Source of the DNA: Escherichia phage IME11
Strand: one strand, 5' to 3'
Length of the DNA stretch: 64,000 nt
Sequence record: NC_019423.1
Shown: positions 10,280 through 24,400 of the stretch, piece by piece
Numbering within the stretch: the first letter of the stretch is position 1
How the letters are laid out: the number at the start of each line of letters is the position of its first letter
Notes under the pieces: generated by a model
Seen by the model: only the letters and a program-made list of their open reading frames with translations
What the model was told of the DNA's origin: nothing
The model's database searches: none
Translations under genes and position numbers: made by a program

Positions 10280-12922
10280 ATGGGTTTATTCAGTGGGAAG
10301 ACCAAAGTATACGTAGCATCCTCTGTCTATAACATGGCAGGGGATATACATAAACGTCCAAACTATATGAAGACTGTAGTCATTGGTAATATTATTTCCA
10401 ATACAGGATTCACTATGGCAGATACTATTTCTGATAGTTATCTGAATGGACCGGGTATTCGTATGCGACTGTTCTCTAGCTGGAGTAAGAACCACTATGA
10501 TTCAGAAGTTGGTATGGCAGGTTCTTCATTAGGTGTACTGGCTAAGATTGACCCTACTGTTATAGAGGGTCAAATTACACCTCCTGCTGGAGAGTCTGTC
10601 TATGTTCAGGCAGCAGAGATAGGCTTTGCTGACTTTGAGCAATGGTGTGACCAGTATCTTTATGAGAATGCCCCAAGTCGAATCATGGAACGATTCGACA
10701 TAGACATTGCTGAAGATACCAATGAAATTACTATGACCTCCTTAGATGGAGGCTCTACTATTACATTCACACCTACTAACTTTGAACCAGGTGCTTTGTA
10801 TCTCTATGCTGACTACACATTCTATAAGTCACCTACTACTAATCCACCGGTAGAAGGTCCGACTACTGTCTATGATGATGAGGATGACTTACCCTCCACT
10901 TTATTATGGACTACCGTCTCCAGTGATACGACTGCTAATACAACTAACCTTACCAAGACTATACAGACTCATTCTGTATACTCTGATGGCAGACCGGATG
11001 AAGACAGCACTGTCACAGAACCAAGTGTGGATAACTGGAACTCTTACGTTAAGGTTTATCGCAGAGGATTCACTGAGAAACCTGATGATGTGACTGTAGT
11101 TGTATCTGACAGAGTAATGACTCATACAAAGTTTGGTGAGATTCAATCCAGTACTGCTGTAACTACCAATGTAGTTGATATAGGTGGTGGTGTTACTCGC
11201 ACTGACACAATTACTACAACTACAGAGTCACTGGTTCGCAAGTATTCATCACAGACTACTCGTACTGATACAGAAATGGCTGCTGCTGGTACACCTAAGA
11301 TGCTTATCTATAAACAGAACTCTGGTAACGTTGCACTAGACTCACTGTTTGAAACTGAGGCTACTGATAACCGGTTCTACCCATTCATCCCAATAAGGAA
11401 CGATAAACAATGGGTAGAGAATGACCCAATCTACCCTCACTGCAAGAAGGCTCTTTATAAAGCTACCGGAGGAAAACTCAATAAAGTAACAGCAGAGCTT
11501 AAGAAGAATGATGACATTGGAGATATTCAATACATCTATGGCTCATTCGGTGTATCTCTTAATACACCAGAGGATACTGCTAAGGAATACATCTACCGTT
11601 TCTTTCAGATGGCTACTGAAGCATTCCCACCCGACCCAACTTATCCTACTTTGGAGGCAGTCATTGCAGGTTATCAGGCAGCTAATGATGCAGTTGATGA
11701 CTATGTAGCATGGTGGAACAGGCAGGAAGGCCAGATTGTTGGAGCACCCCCACCGCTACCAGAATACCCGGTCATACCTAAGCGGGAGTTTAGGGTGCAC
11801 AGTAATAAGCAGTACAAGTATGACATGACTATTGGCTGGAACTACGTATCTGAAACTACCCACTCAGGACAAGCATGGGCTGGTGCTAAACAGGGACAAC
11901 TACGAGCCAGGTATGCAGGAGATATAACTCTTACTCGCAAGAACATACGTACAGGTGATAGCAAAAAACTAGAGATTACCCCCACGTTTTACTCTATGCA
12001 GGAGTATGAATTACTTTGGCAGGATAGTAATAACTCTTACCGTAAACTTAGAGTACTGGGCCTACACCATAATAACAGGGTGTATAAAAATAAATCAGTA
12101 AACATTGATGTTGCTGAGGCAATGAGTGACGCAGAAGAGAGTGGATTCATTATTCCACTACATACCAACATCTACCGTTCCATGTCACTGGTTCGTAGCA
12201 CTCAGTTATCTACTGCCTGTTCTTACTTAGTAATGAACTCATATAAAAAGGTTAAGAAAAAGTGGTATCAGTCTTCTGCCTTTAAGATTGTAGTTGTAGT
12301 GGTTGCTGTGGTTGTGTCTGTATTTACAGCTGGTGCTGGTGGTGTAGGTATACTTGGGGCATATGGTGCAGTTGGTGCATCACTAGGTTTTGTTGGATTA
12401 GCTGCTGTAATAGTTGGTGCTGTAGCAAATGCCATTGCTGGAATGATTCTGGTATCCCTTATCACAAAAGTATCCACTTCACTGTTTGGGGATAAACTAG
12501 GCTTTATCGTTGCTGCTATTGCTTCAATGGTAGCTACGAACGTTGGTACTGCTTTGTCTACTGGTACATCATTATCTACCTTAGCAGGTGAAATGATGAA
12601 TGCCCAAAACATCATGCAGCTTACCAGCTCAGTAGGTAATGGTATTAGTCAGTATATTAATGCATCCACGGCTGCTACTATTCAGAAAGCAGAGAGTGTA
12701 ATGCAGCAGTACAATACTGATATGATGGCAATTAATAAGCAGTACGAAGAAATGTTTGGTACTGCTGGACAGGGTGTAATTGACCCTATGCAATTCGTGT
12801 CAATGGAGTCGATGGAATCTTTCTTATCACGTACTCTTATGACTGGTTCGGATATAGCTGACTTGTCTTTAAACATGATTGGCAGCTACTCTGACATGAC
12901 CCTTAATACTGACCTTGCTTAA
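10280..12922 (+). CDS. large internal virion / ejection protein candidate with multi-helix hydrophobic Gly/Ala-rich segment
   Basis: 880 aa; residues about 640-760 are a long Gly/Ala/Val-rich hydrophobic region (VVVVAVVVSVFTAGAGGVGILGAYGAVGASLGFVGLAAVIVGAVANAIAGMILVSL); start overlaps the upstream stop. Confidence 0.5.
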   Translation: MGLFSGKTKVYVASSVYNMAGDIHKRPNYMKTVVIGNIISNTGFTMADTISDSYLNGPGIRMRLFSSWSKNHYDSEVGMAGSSLGVLAKIDPTVIEGQITPPAGESVYVQAAEIGFADFEQWCDQYLYENAPSRIMERFDIDIAEDTNEITMTSLDGGSTITFTPTNFEPGALYLYADYTFYKSPTTNPPVEGPTTVYDDEDDLPSTLLWTTVSSDTTANTTNLTKTIQTHSVYSDGRPDEDSTVTEPSVDNWNSYVKVYRRGFTEKPDDVTVVVSDRVMTHTKFGEIQSSTAVTTNVVDIGGGVTRTDTITTTTESLVRKYSSQTTRTDTEMAAAGTPKMLIYKQNSGNVALDSLFETEATDNRFYPFIPIRNDKQWVENDPIYPHCKKALYKATGGKLNKVTAELKKNDDIGDIQYIYGSFGVSLNTPEDTAKEYIYRFFQMATEAFPPDPTYPTLEAVIAGYQAANDAVDDYVAWWNRQEGQIVGAPPPLPEYPVIPKREFRVHSNKQYKYDMTIGWNYVSETTHSGQAWAGAKQGQLRARYAGDITLTRKNIRTGDSKKLEITPTFYSMQEYELLWQDSNNSYRKLRVLGLHHNNRVYKNKSVNIDVAEAMSDAEESGFIIPLHTNIYRSMSLVRSTQLSTACSYLVMNSYKKVKKKWYQSSAFKIVVVVVAVVVSVFTAGAGGVGILGAYGAVGASLGFVGLAAVIVGAVANAIAGMILVSLITKVSTSLFGDKLGFIVAAIASMVATNVGTALSTGTSLSTLAGEMMNAQNIMQLTSSVGNGISQYINASTAATIQKAESVMQQYNTDMMAINKQYEEMFGTAGQGVIDPMQFVSMESMESFLSRTLMTGSDIADLSLNMIGSYSDMTLNTDLA

Positions 12923-13379
12923 CAGGAGAATCCTCATGGATTTGTCATTCTTAACAGGCAACCAAGCTCCACAGCCAGCGGCTATGTCTTGGATGTCTAA
13001 TAACAATCAGAATTTTAATACCCCGGCTATGAACTACAACCCAGGTGCTGCTATTGGTATGGGGGCAGGTTCGGGAGTAGCTTCCCCTACTTCTTTCATG
13101 TCTGGTTCAGCTAATCAGTTGGGCATGAACGTACCAACCTTCCAACTAGGATTAGGTGCACTTGGTTCATTAGCTAATATTTACAGTGGTTTCCAGGCTA
13201 ATAAGTTAGCCAAAGACCAGTTGAACTTTACTAAGAGTGTTACTAACACTAACCTGAATAATCAGATTAAGTCTTATAACACTGCACTGGAAGACCGTGC
13301 TCGTAGTCGTGCTACGGCAGAGAACCGTGACCAGTCTTCGGCTGATGCTTACATTGCAGCCAATAAACTAACTCGTTAA
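12915..13379 (+). CDS. virion protein candidate (154 aa)
   Basis: ORF overlapping the previous gene end by 8 nt. Confidence 0.5.
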   Translation: MLNRRILMDLSFLTGNQAPQPAAMSWMSNNNQNFNTPAMNYNPGAAIGMGAGSGVASPTSFMSGSANQLGMNVPTFQLGLGALGSLANIYSGFQANKLAKDQLNFTKSVTNTNLNNQIKSYNTALEDRARSRATAENRDQSSADAYIAANKLTR

Positions 13380-13393
13380 TAGGAAACACTATC

Positions 13394-15346
13394 ATGCCGA
13401 TTACATGGAGAAATGTTGATGCACCTAACTTCTCTGGGGTAGGTGACAGCATTCGCACATTTGGTAGCATGATTGGTAACGCCACCTCCGGCTTAAGTGA
13501 TGCACTGGGTAATTTCCAGAACGCTGCCAAGCAGGAGGCTGGCAATGCCGTCATGATGAATGCTATGCAGTACCAAGACCCAACTGAGTATCGTAATGCT
13601 TTGGCATCTGGTGCACTGTTTCAGGGGGTCGATCCTTCTCTGGTAAACCAGCGTACTCTCCAGAATCTGGATGAGCGAGCAGGTACATTACTGACTCAAC
13701 AAGGTCAACAGGGAACCAATGACTACAATGCTTATCGTTTTGGTCGTTTACAGAATACTGACTCTGCATTAGATAATGCTTCTCCTGCTATTCGTTTATT
13801 GTCTGAGGCTTATCAGTCTGGTGACCAGAACCGTATTAATGCTGCATTAGGTCAGACTCGTGAGGCACTATCTGCACTCCCTGCTGACCAACAACTGGAT
13901 ATGTTGGGTAGTCTTCAGGGTCAAGGTGGTCAGGCTATTAACCAAGCACAGAACCGTTTTGATTTGGGTGTGGCTCAACGTAATGATGCTGATAGTCAGG
14001 CAGCTATGGGTGTAATGTCACAGATTACCCGTGGTGCTGAGAACCCTAATGATGCACGTCTGTTGGCAGAGGCATATAGCAAGAACTTGTCTCCAGTTGC
14101 TCAGGCACGTTTGCAGGGATTACTGGCTAGTGCTTATCCTGGTGTATATGGTAATGGTGTAGGTGCTGCATCTGCTCCGGGTACTGCCGGTACTCGTCAG
14201 GGTTCCCCATATGATGTTACTTACCAGTTTGCTGGTACTTCCACTCCTATTACTCAAATGAGTATTGGTGATGTAATCAAGCACCAGGATGGTATGAAGA
14301 CGAACCAAGGTGCTTCACCTGTTGGTGCATTCCAGATTAACCAAGCTACCTTGAAAGACTTTGCTCCCAAAGTTCTCGGTTCAGATTGGCAAAGCCAGCC
14401 TCTTTCTGCTGAGAACCAGGATAAGATTGGTAAGGCTATCTTCGAACAGCGTAAGAATGGCAACCTTAAGGATACTTGGGCTGCACTTCCTAATGCTGGT
14501 GTTGGTGCATATAAGGATATGACCTGGGAAGAGATTAAACCAATTATTGCACAGGCAGAAGTTGGTGCTAATCCGTTAGCTATGCGTCAAACTGCACAGG
14601 GTAACCAAGCTGTATCTACCTTGGCTCAGGGTATGATTGGTACTCGTTCTATGCAGGATAACACCGGTAGTCTTAATACCGACTTCCTTGGTACTGTCAC
14701 TGATAATACCCCGGTAGGTGAGATTGCTAATCGACTGTTGGAAGGTGACTTTAAAGGTGCTGACCGTAACTGGGTACTGAACCGACTAACTGATATTTCT
14801 CAACGTGGGAATATGTCACCAGCTATGGCTGCTGCTGTTATGCAACGTGCACAGACTGGCGTACCGGAAGGTTACATTAGCCGTGCTATTGATGCGGTTA
14901 ACCCATTCATTACCAATGAAGCTGGTAATGGTATGCGTCTTAATGACCGTCAGGTAGAGCAGTTAATTGAGGGTGTACGTCGAGGCGAACCACTGGAAGG
15001 TAGTGTACGTAACCTGAGTCGTGCTCAGGCAGCACAGAACATTCAGGCAGCACAGACTGCTTATGATGCTGCTGTAGCTGCACTGATGAATACCCAGAAC
15101 AAGATTAACACTGGACAAAGTGGTCTTACTGCATTGTTACCTGCACGACAGGAAGCTGTTACTAAAGCTGCTGCAATGCTACAAGCTGCTCAAGGACAAG
15201 TACAAGCAGACCCGGCTAACCTGGCTCCAAGAGGTTTCCAGTCACAGGCTAGTGTGGACAGAGCGCGAGCCAAGGAAGATGAAGAGCGTGCTGCTCGATA
15301 CTTACGTCAGGCACAAGGTTTGCCTGAGTATATGCAACCTCGTTAA
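13394..15346 (+). CDS. internal virion protein candidate (650 aa), Gln/Ala/Gly-rich
   Basis: Low-complexity Q/A/G-rich protein directly upstream of the virion RNA polymerase gene; possible SLT-like segment (VGAFQIN) not confirmed. Confidence 0.5.
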   Translation: MPITWRNVDAPNFSGVGDSIRTFGSMIGNATSGLSDALGNFQNAAKQEAGNAVMMNAMQYQDPTEYRNALASGALFQGVDPSLVNQRTLQNLDERAGTLLTQQGQQGTNDYNAYRFGRLQNTDSALDNASPAIRLLSEAYQSGDQNRINAALGQTREALSALPADQQLDMLGSLQGQGGQAINQAQNRFDLGVAQRNDADSQAAMGVMSQITRGAENPNDARLLAEAYSKNLSPVAQARLQGLLASAYPGVYGNGVGAASAPGTAGTRQGSPYDVTYQFAGTSTPITQMSIGDVIKHQDGMKTNQGASPVGAFQINQATLKDFAPKVLGSDWQSQPLSAENQDKIGKAIFEQRKNGNLKDTWAALPNAGVGAYKDMTWEEIKPIIAQAEVGANPLAMRQTAQGNQAVSTLAQGMIGTRSMQDNTGSLNTDFLGTVTDNTPVGEIANRLLEGDFKGADRNWVLNRLTDISQRGNMSPAMAAAVMQRAQTGVPEGYISRAIDAVNPFITNEAGNGMRLNDRQVEQLIEGVRRGEPLEGSVRNLSRAQAAQNIQAAQTAYDAAVAALMNTQNKINTGQSGLTALLPARQEAVTKAAAMLQAAQGQVQADPANLAPRGFQSQASVDRARAKEDEERAARYLRQAQGLPEYMQPR

Positions 15347-15363
15347 AATACTTCATACTAATA

Positions 15364-15386
15364 AAAGCCCTCCGGGGCTTTTTTCT
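15364..15386 (+). terminator. rho-independent terminator
   Basis: A-run, GCCC-TCCG-GGGC hairpin, then TTTTTT. Confidence 0.55.
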
Positions 15387-15431
15387 TTAACTGGCTTACT
15401 GTAGAGTAAGCTTCCTATATACGATATAAGT

Positions 15432-18400
15432 TTGAACAGGAAACATGCTATGTCAACATTTGACCGTCTGGCAGGTTTCGCAGACAGCATCACTAATGCT
15501 AAGCAAGTCGATGTCTCTACTGCAACCTCTCAGAAGCAAGCTGCACAAGGGCAAAGCCCTTTCCAATTAACCCCAGAGAACGCTTACAATCTCCAAACAG
15601 GACGAGTAGGTAATCTTGGAACTGGTGCATTCGATCCAGGTTCACTTCAGGCTGATTTCACCCAAGCCTCCCCATTAGAAATCATTAATAAGTACGGTAA
15701 TGAGCAAGGTCTACAGATTCTTAATAGCCGAGCTAATGCTGCTGATGTCGTACGTCAGGACTTATCTAAACAGCGTACTAACTCAGAAGCATTTGGCGAT
15801 ACTCTTTCTGGTGTTGGTCTTGGTGTTGCTAATACCCTTGGGGGCATTGCTGCTCTTGGCACAGGTCTGGTCAATGATAATGCCGGGGCATCCATTGCTT
15901 CCGGGATGGATTGGCTGAATGAAGGTGTACATAATCTACAGTCTGATGCACTGAATGCTACTCGTAAGGTTGTTCAGAATCAGAACCAGATTTCTGCACA
16001 AGAGAACCAGAAACTCTATGAAGAAGATATCAAAAATGGGGAGAGCAGTTTGGTTGCCTCCTTGTCTCGCATTGGTCGTGACGCTTTTGATTCTGTTGCT
16101 AATACACTTGATAATGGTATGGCTGCTTCCGATGGACTGAGTGAAGGTGTTGGTTCTCTCTTTACTGGTGGTCCACTTATCCGTGGTGTGTCTGCACTAG
16201 GTAAAGTAATGGTAGGTGGGGATAAAGCTGTTAAGGGTATTACCCTAGCTGCTGAGTTAGGTTCACGTCCTGCACAGGTTGCTCTGTCTGCTGGTCGTGT
16301 TGCTGCACCTGCTGTAGCAATCGGTGGTATGGAAGCTGGTGGAGCATACCAACAGACTGCTTCTGAAATCATGAAGATGTCTCATCAAGAGTTGGCAAGT
16401 AAGTCTCCTGTATATCGACAACATATTGCTGATGGTTTATCTCCTGATGAAGCACGCCGTCAGACTGCATCTGAAACAGGTATTACTGCTGCTGGCTTAA
16501 CTGCTCCAGTTGCTGCTGCTACTGGTCCACTGGTATCTCGTTTTGAACTTAACCCACTTAAGGTAGGTTCACTGGCTGGTGCTGGTTCTAACATGCTCCG
16601 TGAAACTGTAGAAGAGGGTATTCAATCCGGCTTCGGTCAGTTCGCACAGAACACTGCAATTAAGGAAAATGTTGATGCATCCCGTGACACCCTCAAAGGG
16701 GTTGGTGAGCAAGCAGGTCTGGGTGCACTCTATGGCTTTGGTAGTGCTGGAGTTGCTCAAGCTCCTGGTGCAACTGTTAAAGCTGCTGGTGCTGCCGTTG
16801 GTCCTACTGTACGTACTACCTTGGCTGGTGCTTCTCTGGTTGGTAATGCACTAGCAAAAGTAGCTTCTCCTATCACTAACATTCTGGTTCAACGTGGAGA
16901 AGAAGTTGCTAAGCGAAATGAACAAGCATCTCCTGTATCAGATGCTACCGTTAATGCTGCTGCACAAGAAGCTACTGCTCAAGCAGAACAAGCACAAGCA
17001 ACCGTACAGGAAGCAGTAGATGCAATGGATATTTCTCCTGAAGAGAAAGCTGCTGCTACTCAGTATGCTGCTGACTTAACTCAGGCAATGAAGTTTGACC
17101 CAGTAGAACTGGAGCAAGCTAACCCGGCAATCCGTGAAGCTGTTTCTGGTTCCACTAACCGTGTTGAGGCTATCCAGAAGATGGCTGACTTGGTTAATAC
17201 TGCCGAAGACCCTAACATTCAAATGGAAGCTGCTATTCAGATGTATGACAACATCATGTCTATGGATAGCTTCATTAACCGTGACCCAGGTGCACTAGCT
17301 AATCTGGAACAAGGCTCTCCTGCTGCTAATATTGTTGACCAGTTCTCTGGTCTGATGGCTAACGTTCAGAATACACCGAAGGTACTTCGTGCATTCCGTG
17401 CTATTCATTCCATGATTCAGGAACAGGCTGAAGCAGGTAAACTGAAAGCTACTGAAGAAGCTAACCAAGCTCAGGCAAACAACATTGCTATGGCTGCTGA
17501 TATGTCTCCAGAAGTTCTGGATGCAGATTCAGTGAACATGGTTCTGAAACATGCTAGTGAAGGTAAGATTACACTGGGGAATCGTCAACGTGCTGCCCTG
17601 CAATCGGCTGCTGCTGTCTTACAGGGTGCACGTGAGTTCGACGCTAAGGCAGAAGAACTTGGCTTACGTCCTCAAGACATTGTTAGTAAACAGATTAAAA
17701 CTGACGAATCTCGTTCTAATGAAGGCCAGTACTCTGCGTTGCAACATGCGAAACGCATTCGCTCTGCGTACAACTCTGGTAACTTTGATTTGGCCTCCGC
17801 TTACCTTGACGACTTTATGAAGTTCGCCCAGCACATGCAGAATAAGGTCGGAGCGTTGAATGAGCATCTGATTTCGGGGAATGCGGATAAGAATAAGTCT
17901 GTTCACTATCAGGCTCTCTCGCCTTCCCGTGAATGGGTACGTAGTCGTACTGGCCTCGGTGTTAATCCGTATGATACCAAGTCGGTTAAGTTTGCCCAGC
18001 AAGTAGGACTGGAAGCCAAGACCGTAGCTGATATTGCTAATGCACTTGCTACGGCTTACCCGGAGCTTAATGTTTCTCATGTTAAAGTTACTCCATTAGA
18101 TTCACGTCTGGACAAGCCTGCTGCCCAGGTGGTTAAAGAGTTCCGTCAGGGCAATCTTGACGCTGCTCAATCCCAACAGACTAATGAACCAGTGAATCAG
18201 GTTGATGAATCTCCTGCACCAGTGCAAGAGGCCACTACTACTGTACAGCCTAAAACTAAACCAGTGGTAGAAAATAAATCTGCTCCTGTTAAGGATACTA
18301 GTTCAAAACCAGAAGAAGTAACTACTACTGAGTCTGAAACAGTAGATACTGCCCTCACCAATGAGGATACCACTCAGGAAGTAGCTGAAACTAAAACGGA

Positions 18401-21400
18401 AATGGAAACAGTGTTCCCTGTCTATAACAATGACAAGACACCGAGCCAGTTCCTTAAAGCATTTGCTCTGCCGGAAGAACCTAAGACTCGTACCATTGGT
18501 TCTGAATCTCCTTTGACTGATGTTAAGCAAGCACTGTCTTCTGCTGCTCGCTTTGAAGCATTCACACAAAAAGAAAATAACGCTCTCACGGGTGATGTGA
18601 TGAAACGTTATCAAGACTTACTAGGCTTTGGTGAAACTCTGAAGAGTACTCTGTCTGACCGTCTGGCTAAGTTCCTTGCTAACAAGAATGTTGGTAAACG
18701 TTTTGCAGAGGGTACTGAGGCTAACCGTTGGGTAGGTGGCAAACTGCTGAATATCGTTGAGAAAGATGGCGACACCTTTAAGTTCAACGACCAGTTGTTG
18801 GAGACTGCTGTACTTGCTGGATTGCAATGGCGATTAACTGCTACGCAGAATGCTGCCATTAAAGACATGAAAGACGTAGCTGCTATTACTGGTGTAGAAG
18901 TATCCTTGTTACCTGATGGTATTCTGGCTGACTTTGAGAATGCTCAGACCCTGGTTGAAGCTACTAACTCACTGGCCCAAAAGATTGAATCTTACTGGGG
19001 TTTGAATCGTAATCCAAATGCACCACTGGGTTATACCAAAGGTATCCCAATGGCAATGGCTACGGAGATTCTGTCTTCTCTCATTGAGATGGGTGAAGTT
19101 AAAGAGTCTATGCTGGATGTGTCTGAAATTGACCCAGCCTCCAATAAGACTGTTGGTCTGTATACTATTGAGAAGCTGGATGATAATGATGCCATTAATA
19201 ATTTTCCTACTGCTATTGAGGAAGCTGTCCTCGTAGAACCAGAAGAGAAAATGTACTTCGGTGATGATATTCCTTCCGTGGCTCAAACTCAGTTACGTAA
19301 CCCGGCTGTTAAGAATACCCCGGAACAGCAAGCTGCTCTTAAAGCAGAACAGGCTACTGAGTTCCGTGTACACATGCCTATGGTTAACTTCTATGAAGCA
19401 TTGGGTCGTGACAACATTCTGGAACTGATGGGTGCTGGTACTCTTAATCCTGAATTACTGAACGTAAACACTGCTAAATCATTGGAAGGTAAAAACCTGT
19501 CCGTGTCTATGGCATACGATTCCTTGTTTGGGGTAATCAATCAGGTTCAGGAACAGGAGAACGGACTGGATACACCTATTCACTATGGTTACAACATGAC
19601 CCGTGTAGGTCGTATGCAGATGCTTGGTAAGAATAACCCACAATCCAGTAAGCTGGTTCGTGAAGCAATTCTGCCAACCTTCTCTACTATCGACTTGAGT
19701 AATGAAAACAGCCAAACGTTCTCAGACTTCCAGTTAGGTCTGGCTCAGGCATTAGGCATCAAGGTACATAACATGTCCCGTGAAGCTATGTCTGAAAAGC
19801 TGACTAAAGCTCTGGAAGGTAATCTGAAACCTGCTGTTGATATGATGGTTGAGTTTGATAAGTCTGGTCACTTACCTACTGATGCAGTGGATATTCTGAA
19901 GACCTCTTTAGGTGGCGATAAATCATTCGTAGCTCTCATGGCTCTGATGGAATATGCCCGTTACCTGAATAGTAACGACCGTGCTAATTTTAATACCCCA
20001 CTGTACGTTGAAGCCGATGGTGTAACCAACGGACCAATTAACGCAATGGTATTAATGACCGGTGGTAAGTTCACTCCAGACTGGATTAAGAATACTGCTA
20101 AAGGTGGTTTGTTCTTCGGTAAAGCTGGTAAGACTATGAACGAGCATCGTTCACAGGATGACAGTGTTGACCTGTATGAAGCATCTACTAATGGTCTGCA
20201 ACAGGCACTTGGTGAATTACGTAGTACTTACCGTAACAACGTTCCTGTTATGAGCCAGATGAGTCATCTCCAGAAGTTAATGGACCTGTTCATCAAAGAC
20301 TTTAACCTGAATGAAGACGGTACACTGGACCTGAAACGTGGTATCGCTAAAAATCCACTAACCATTACCATCTATGGTTCTGGTGCTCGTGGTATTGCTG
20401 GCAAGATGGTTAGTGCAATTACTGATACCATCTACGAACGCTTCAGCGACGTTCTGCAAGCTCGTGCTGCTGACCCTAGCATTTCCCCGGCTATGGCAAT
20501 GTTTGGTAAGGAGGCTGCATCTGAGGCCGATGCTCAGGCTATGCTGGATACTTTCCTTACTTCTATGGAAGCACTGACTGGTAATGTTCCAGTTATGCGT
20601 AAGGGTGAGTTGTCTATTCAGCAAGCAGAAGGTGCTCTGACTGGTAAGTTAGACCCACAGAAGTTTACTGTATCTGGTAATGCCCTGAAGAACTTACAAG
20701 AGAACATGCTTCACCTGTTCGTTGAACCAATGCGTACTGGTATCCGAAATACTGTTGGTGAAGGTCTGATGCATTCTACTGAGAACTTACAGAAGGCTAC
20801 CCAGATTCAATCTCTGGTATTGCAGGATATGTTCCAACAAGCAGTACAGGCTAAACTGGCAGAAAAAGAAAAAGACCCAACATGGAAGAAAGGTGATTTC
20901 TTAACACAGAAAGAACTGAATGAAATTCAGGAATCATTATCTCCACTGGCTCCAATGATTGAGACTGGCTCACAGACTTTCTACATTGCTGGTAGTGAGA
21001 ACACTGATGTTGCTAACCAAGTACTGGCTACTAACTTAGATGACCGTATGCGTGTGCCAATGAGCATCTATGCTCCTTCACAAGCAGGTGTTGCAGGTAT
21101 TCCATTTATGACCATCGGTACTGGTGACGGCATGATGATGCAGACCCTTTCTACTATGAAAGGTGCTCCGAAGAATACCCTGAAAATCTTTGATGGTATG
21201 AACATTGGTATCAATGACATCACTGATGCAAGTCGTAAAGCTAATGAGGCTGTATATACTTCCTGGCAGGGTAACCCTATCAAGAATGTTTATGACTCCT
21301 TTGCTAAGTTCATGAAGAACGTAGACTTCAGCAAACTGTCTGATGAAACCAAACAGGCTATCGCTAAATCTGCTCTGGAATACGACCAGCGTGAGGGTGC

Positions 21401-24400
21401 TACTGATGACCTGTTACGTATTGGTGCTGAACAGATTGAACGTAATCTGCGTAACATTGCTCTGGGTGTAGATATTCGCCACAAGGTAATGAACCAGGTA
21501 CAGACTACTGTTGACCAGATGGCTGCTGTAGGTGCTCCTTATGTGAACAACGGTAAAATTTCTCTGGAAGGTCTGACTGTAGACCAACAAGTAGCTAAGC
21601 TGAACGAACTGTTTGATGTTGAATTAAACAAGCGTCGTGATGCAGTACGTGCTGCTAAAGCAGAACCAGTGAAAGAAGTACCAGCAATGGAACAGGTTGG
21701 TCGTGTACTGAAGTCTGGTGTACGTCTACTGTCTAATACTGCTATTACTAAGTTGGCTAAAGAGATGACTCCAGAACAGGCTGCTGTACTGAAAGAAGTA
21801 CAGAACTCCCTTGCTGCTAAAGACTACAAGGTTGTTTATGGCACTCCTTCTCAACTGGATGCCTACGCTATTGAGAAGAACATTACTCGCCCAGCACCGG
21901 AAGATATTGAAGCTGCTGAAGCTGGTAATGCATACGGCTGGACTAACTTTGATGATAAGACCATCTACTTAGTTACTCCTTCCTTAGAGACTCTGGTTCA
22001 TGAATTGGTACATGCTTCTACTTTTGAATCTGTACTGGCTCACTATGAAGGTACTCCTAATGAAGCAGTTCAGAATATTGAAGACCTGATGAACCAGTTC
22101 CGAACTCTGGATGTTAAGGATGAATCCCCGGCAGTACGTGAAGCATATGCTGATGCACTCAATACCATTAATGGTCACTTGTCTAATGGCTTTATTGAAC
22201 CAGCAATGGCTAAAGCTGCTGCACTGAATGAGTACATGGCATGGGGCTTAACCAACCGTGAACTGATTGGTAAGCAGAAGAAAACCACTGCACTTAAGGC
22301 CATGGTTCAGTCTGTGTATGAAGCAATCAAACGTCTGGTATTCGGACGTAAGAAAGCCCCTGCTAACGCAGATGATATGTTCTCTGGCTTACTGTTTAAC
22401 TCTTCTGTAGTTATGCGTGGGCAGGCTCCTACTGCTGCTGTAGCCAAGGACACTACTCTGTTCCATAACAAAGCATATGGTGACAATACTCGTCTGGAAG
22501 AGCTAGGGAAGACCTTCGATAAACTGATTACTAACTACATTGGTTCAGAACCAGTACAACAAGTAATTCGTAAAGGTAAGTTCTCTGATGCAGTAGTGAA
22601 TGCAACTAAAGTAACCCGTGATGTTCAGGCTCATGGCTTCACTATGAATATGCAGGAACAGCGTCTCTTTACTAACATTGTTGCTGCACTGGCTACCGAA
22701 GCTGCTATTAGTCCAGCTGCTCTGGCTCGTGCACAAGAATACTATGCACACGTAACCAAGAACCTGACTGTTGAAGCGTTCATGACTGACCCGGATAGTA
22801 CTAACCCTGCTGACCGTTACTACGCACAGCAGAAGTTCGATACCATCATGGGTGCTAACAACATTGAGTTTGATGCACAAGGTCGTTCTTCCTTACTGCC
22901 TACCTTTGTGGCACTGGCAATGGTAAGTGAAGATGTACGTAATGTGCTGGCTGACATTCCTGTTATGAAAGCAGATAAGCAATCCGGTAATACCGTTGAT
23001 GCAATGCTGACTAATATCGGTACTGCTGCAATGGCTAGTCTGAATGCTCGTGTAGCAGGTGATACTAAAGCTACCAATGTACAAGAAGGTATGGATGCAC
23101 TGGCTCAGACCATCATGCAGACCAGTCTTAATGCACAGTCATTCTATGATTCCGTCGCCACTCCTAGTGGTAATGCTATAGACCGTGCTAACCAGTATCT
23201 GGTGGACTCTATTGATGTACTGTCTACCCGTGCTTTAGAAGGTGCTCGTGAAGTTGCAGCTAATACCAAGAACCCGTTGGTTAAAGGTGCTGCTCATGCT
23301 GCACAACTGGTAGCTGCTATTGCTACAGAGAAGAATGGTGCAATCGTAGCTGAAGGTGTTATGGCTGCAATGAACCAGGGTAAAGCATGGCAACCTTTCC
23401 ACGACCTGGTTAATGACTTAACCGGACGTACTAAGAGCAATGCTTCTGTATATGATTTGATTAAAGCAGTTCGTGCACAGGTACAGGCTGACCGTCAACA
23501 GTTCCGTGAACACTTACCTACCACTATCGCATCCAAGTTCAGCCGTAAGCTGACTAATGATGAGTGGAAAGCAATGCATACCGGTATGGGTAAAACTGAC
23601 TTGGCTGTCCTGCGTGACACTATGTCTTTGGCTGAAATTCGTGACCTGCTGACTGACCAGAAGATTGTTGACCGTGAGGTGAATAAGCTGGAAGCAGATT
23701 TACAGAAACAAGCAGGACGTAACTGGCCTTTGATTAGCCGTAAATCTAAGCAACTGGCTCAGTACATGATTAACGGTACAGTCGGTAGTAACCTGCTGCG
23801 TAATGCTACTGCAATTTCTCGTATGCTGGGTGAACGACAGGCTGCACGTTCTACCGTAGATGTGGCTCAACTGGATAAGCTGATTACCTTGTATGCACTG
23901 GAAGCAATGAATAAGACTGACCGTGAGATGTTATCTTCACTGGCTCAGACAGAAATTGAAGGTATGGACTTTGCTACTTCTTATCTGGTTGGGCAGCGTA
24001 AAGATGAAATGGCTAAAGCCAAGTCTGATATGCGTGCAACCTTGAACCAGTACAAAGGACATATCCCCAGTGAAACTAAACAGGGTGTTAACCTGATTGT
24101 TGCTGAAGATAGTCAGTTTGCTGATTTGATTGAGAAGTCCTATGTACGTCTGGGTACTTATCAAGGTAGTTCTGCTAACCGTGGTCCAGCACGTAGCTAC
24201 TACTTTGCACCAGTACAGGCACAGGCTCCATTCTCACAGGGTATATTACAGAACGTTCGCAATACTGCTGGTGGTGTGGACCTTGGTACAGGCTTTACGA
24301 TGGGTTCCATGGTAGCAGGTCGTATCACTGACAAGCCTTCCGTAGACCGTATCACTAAAGCTCTGGCTCGTGGTGAACGTGGTAATGAACCACTGCTGCC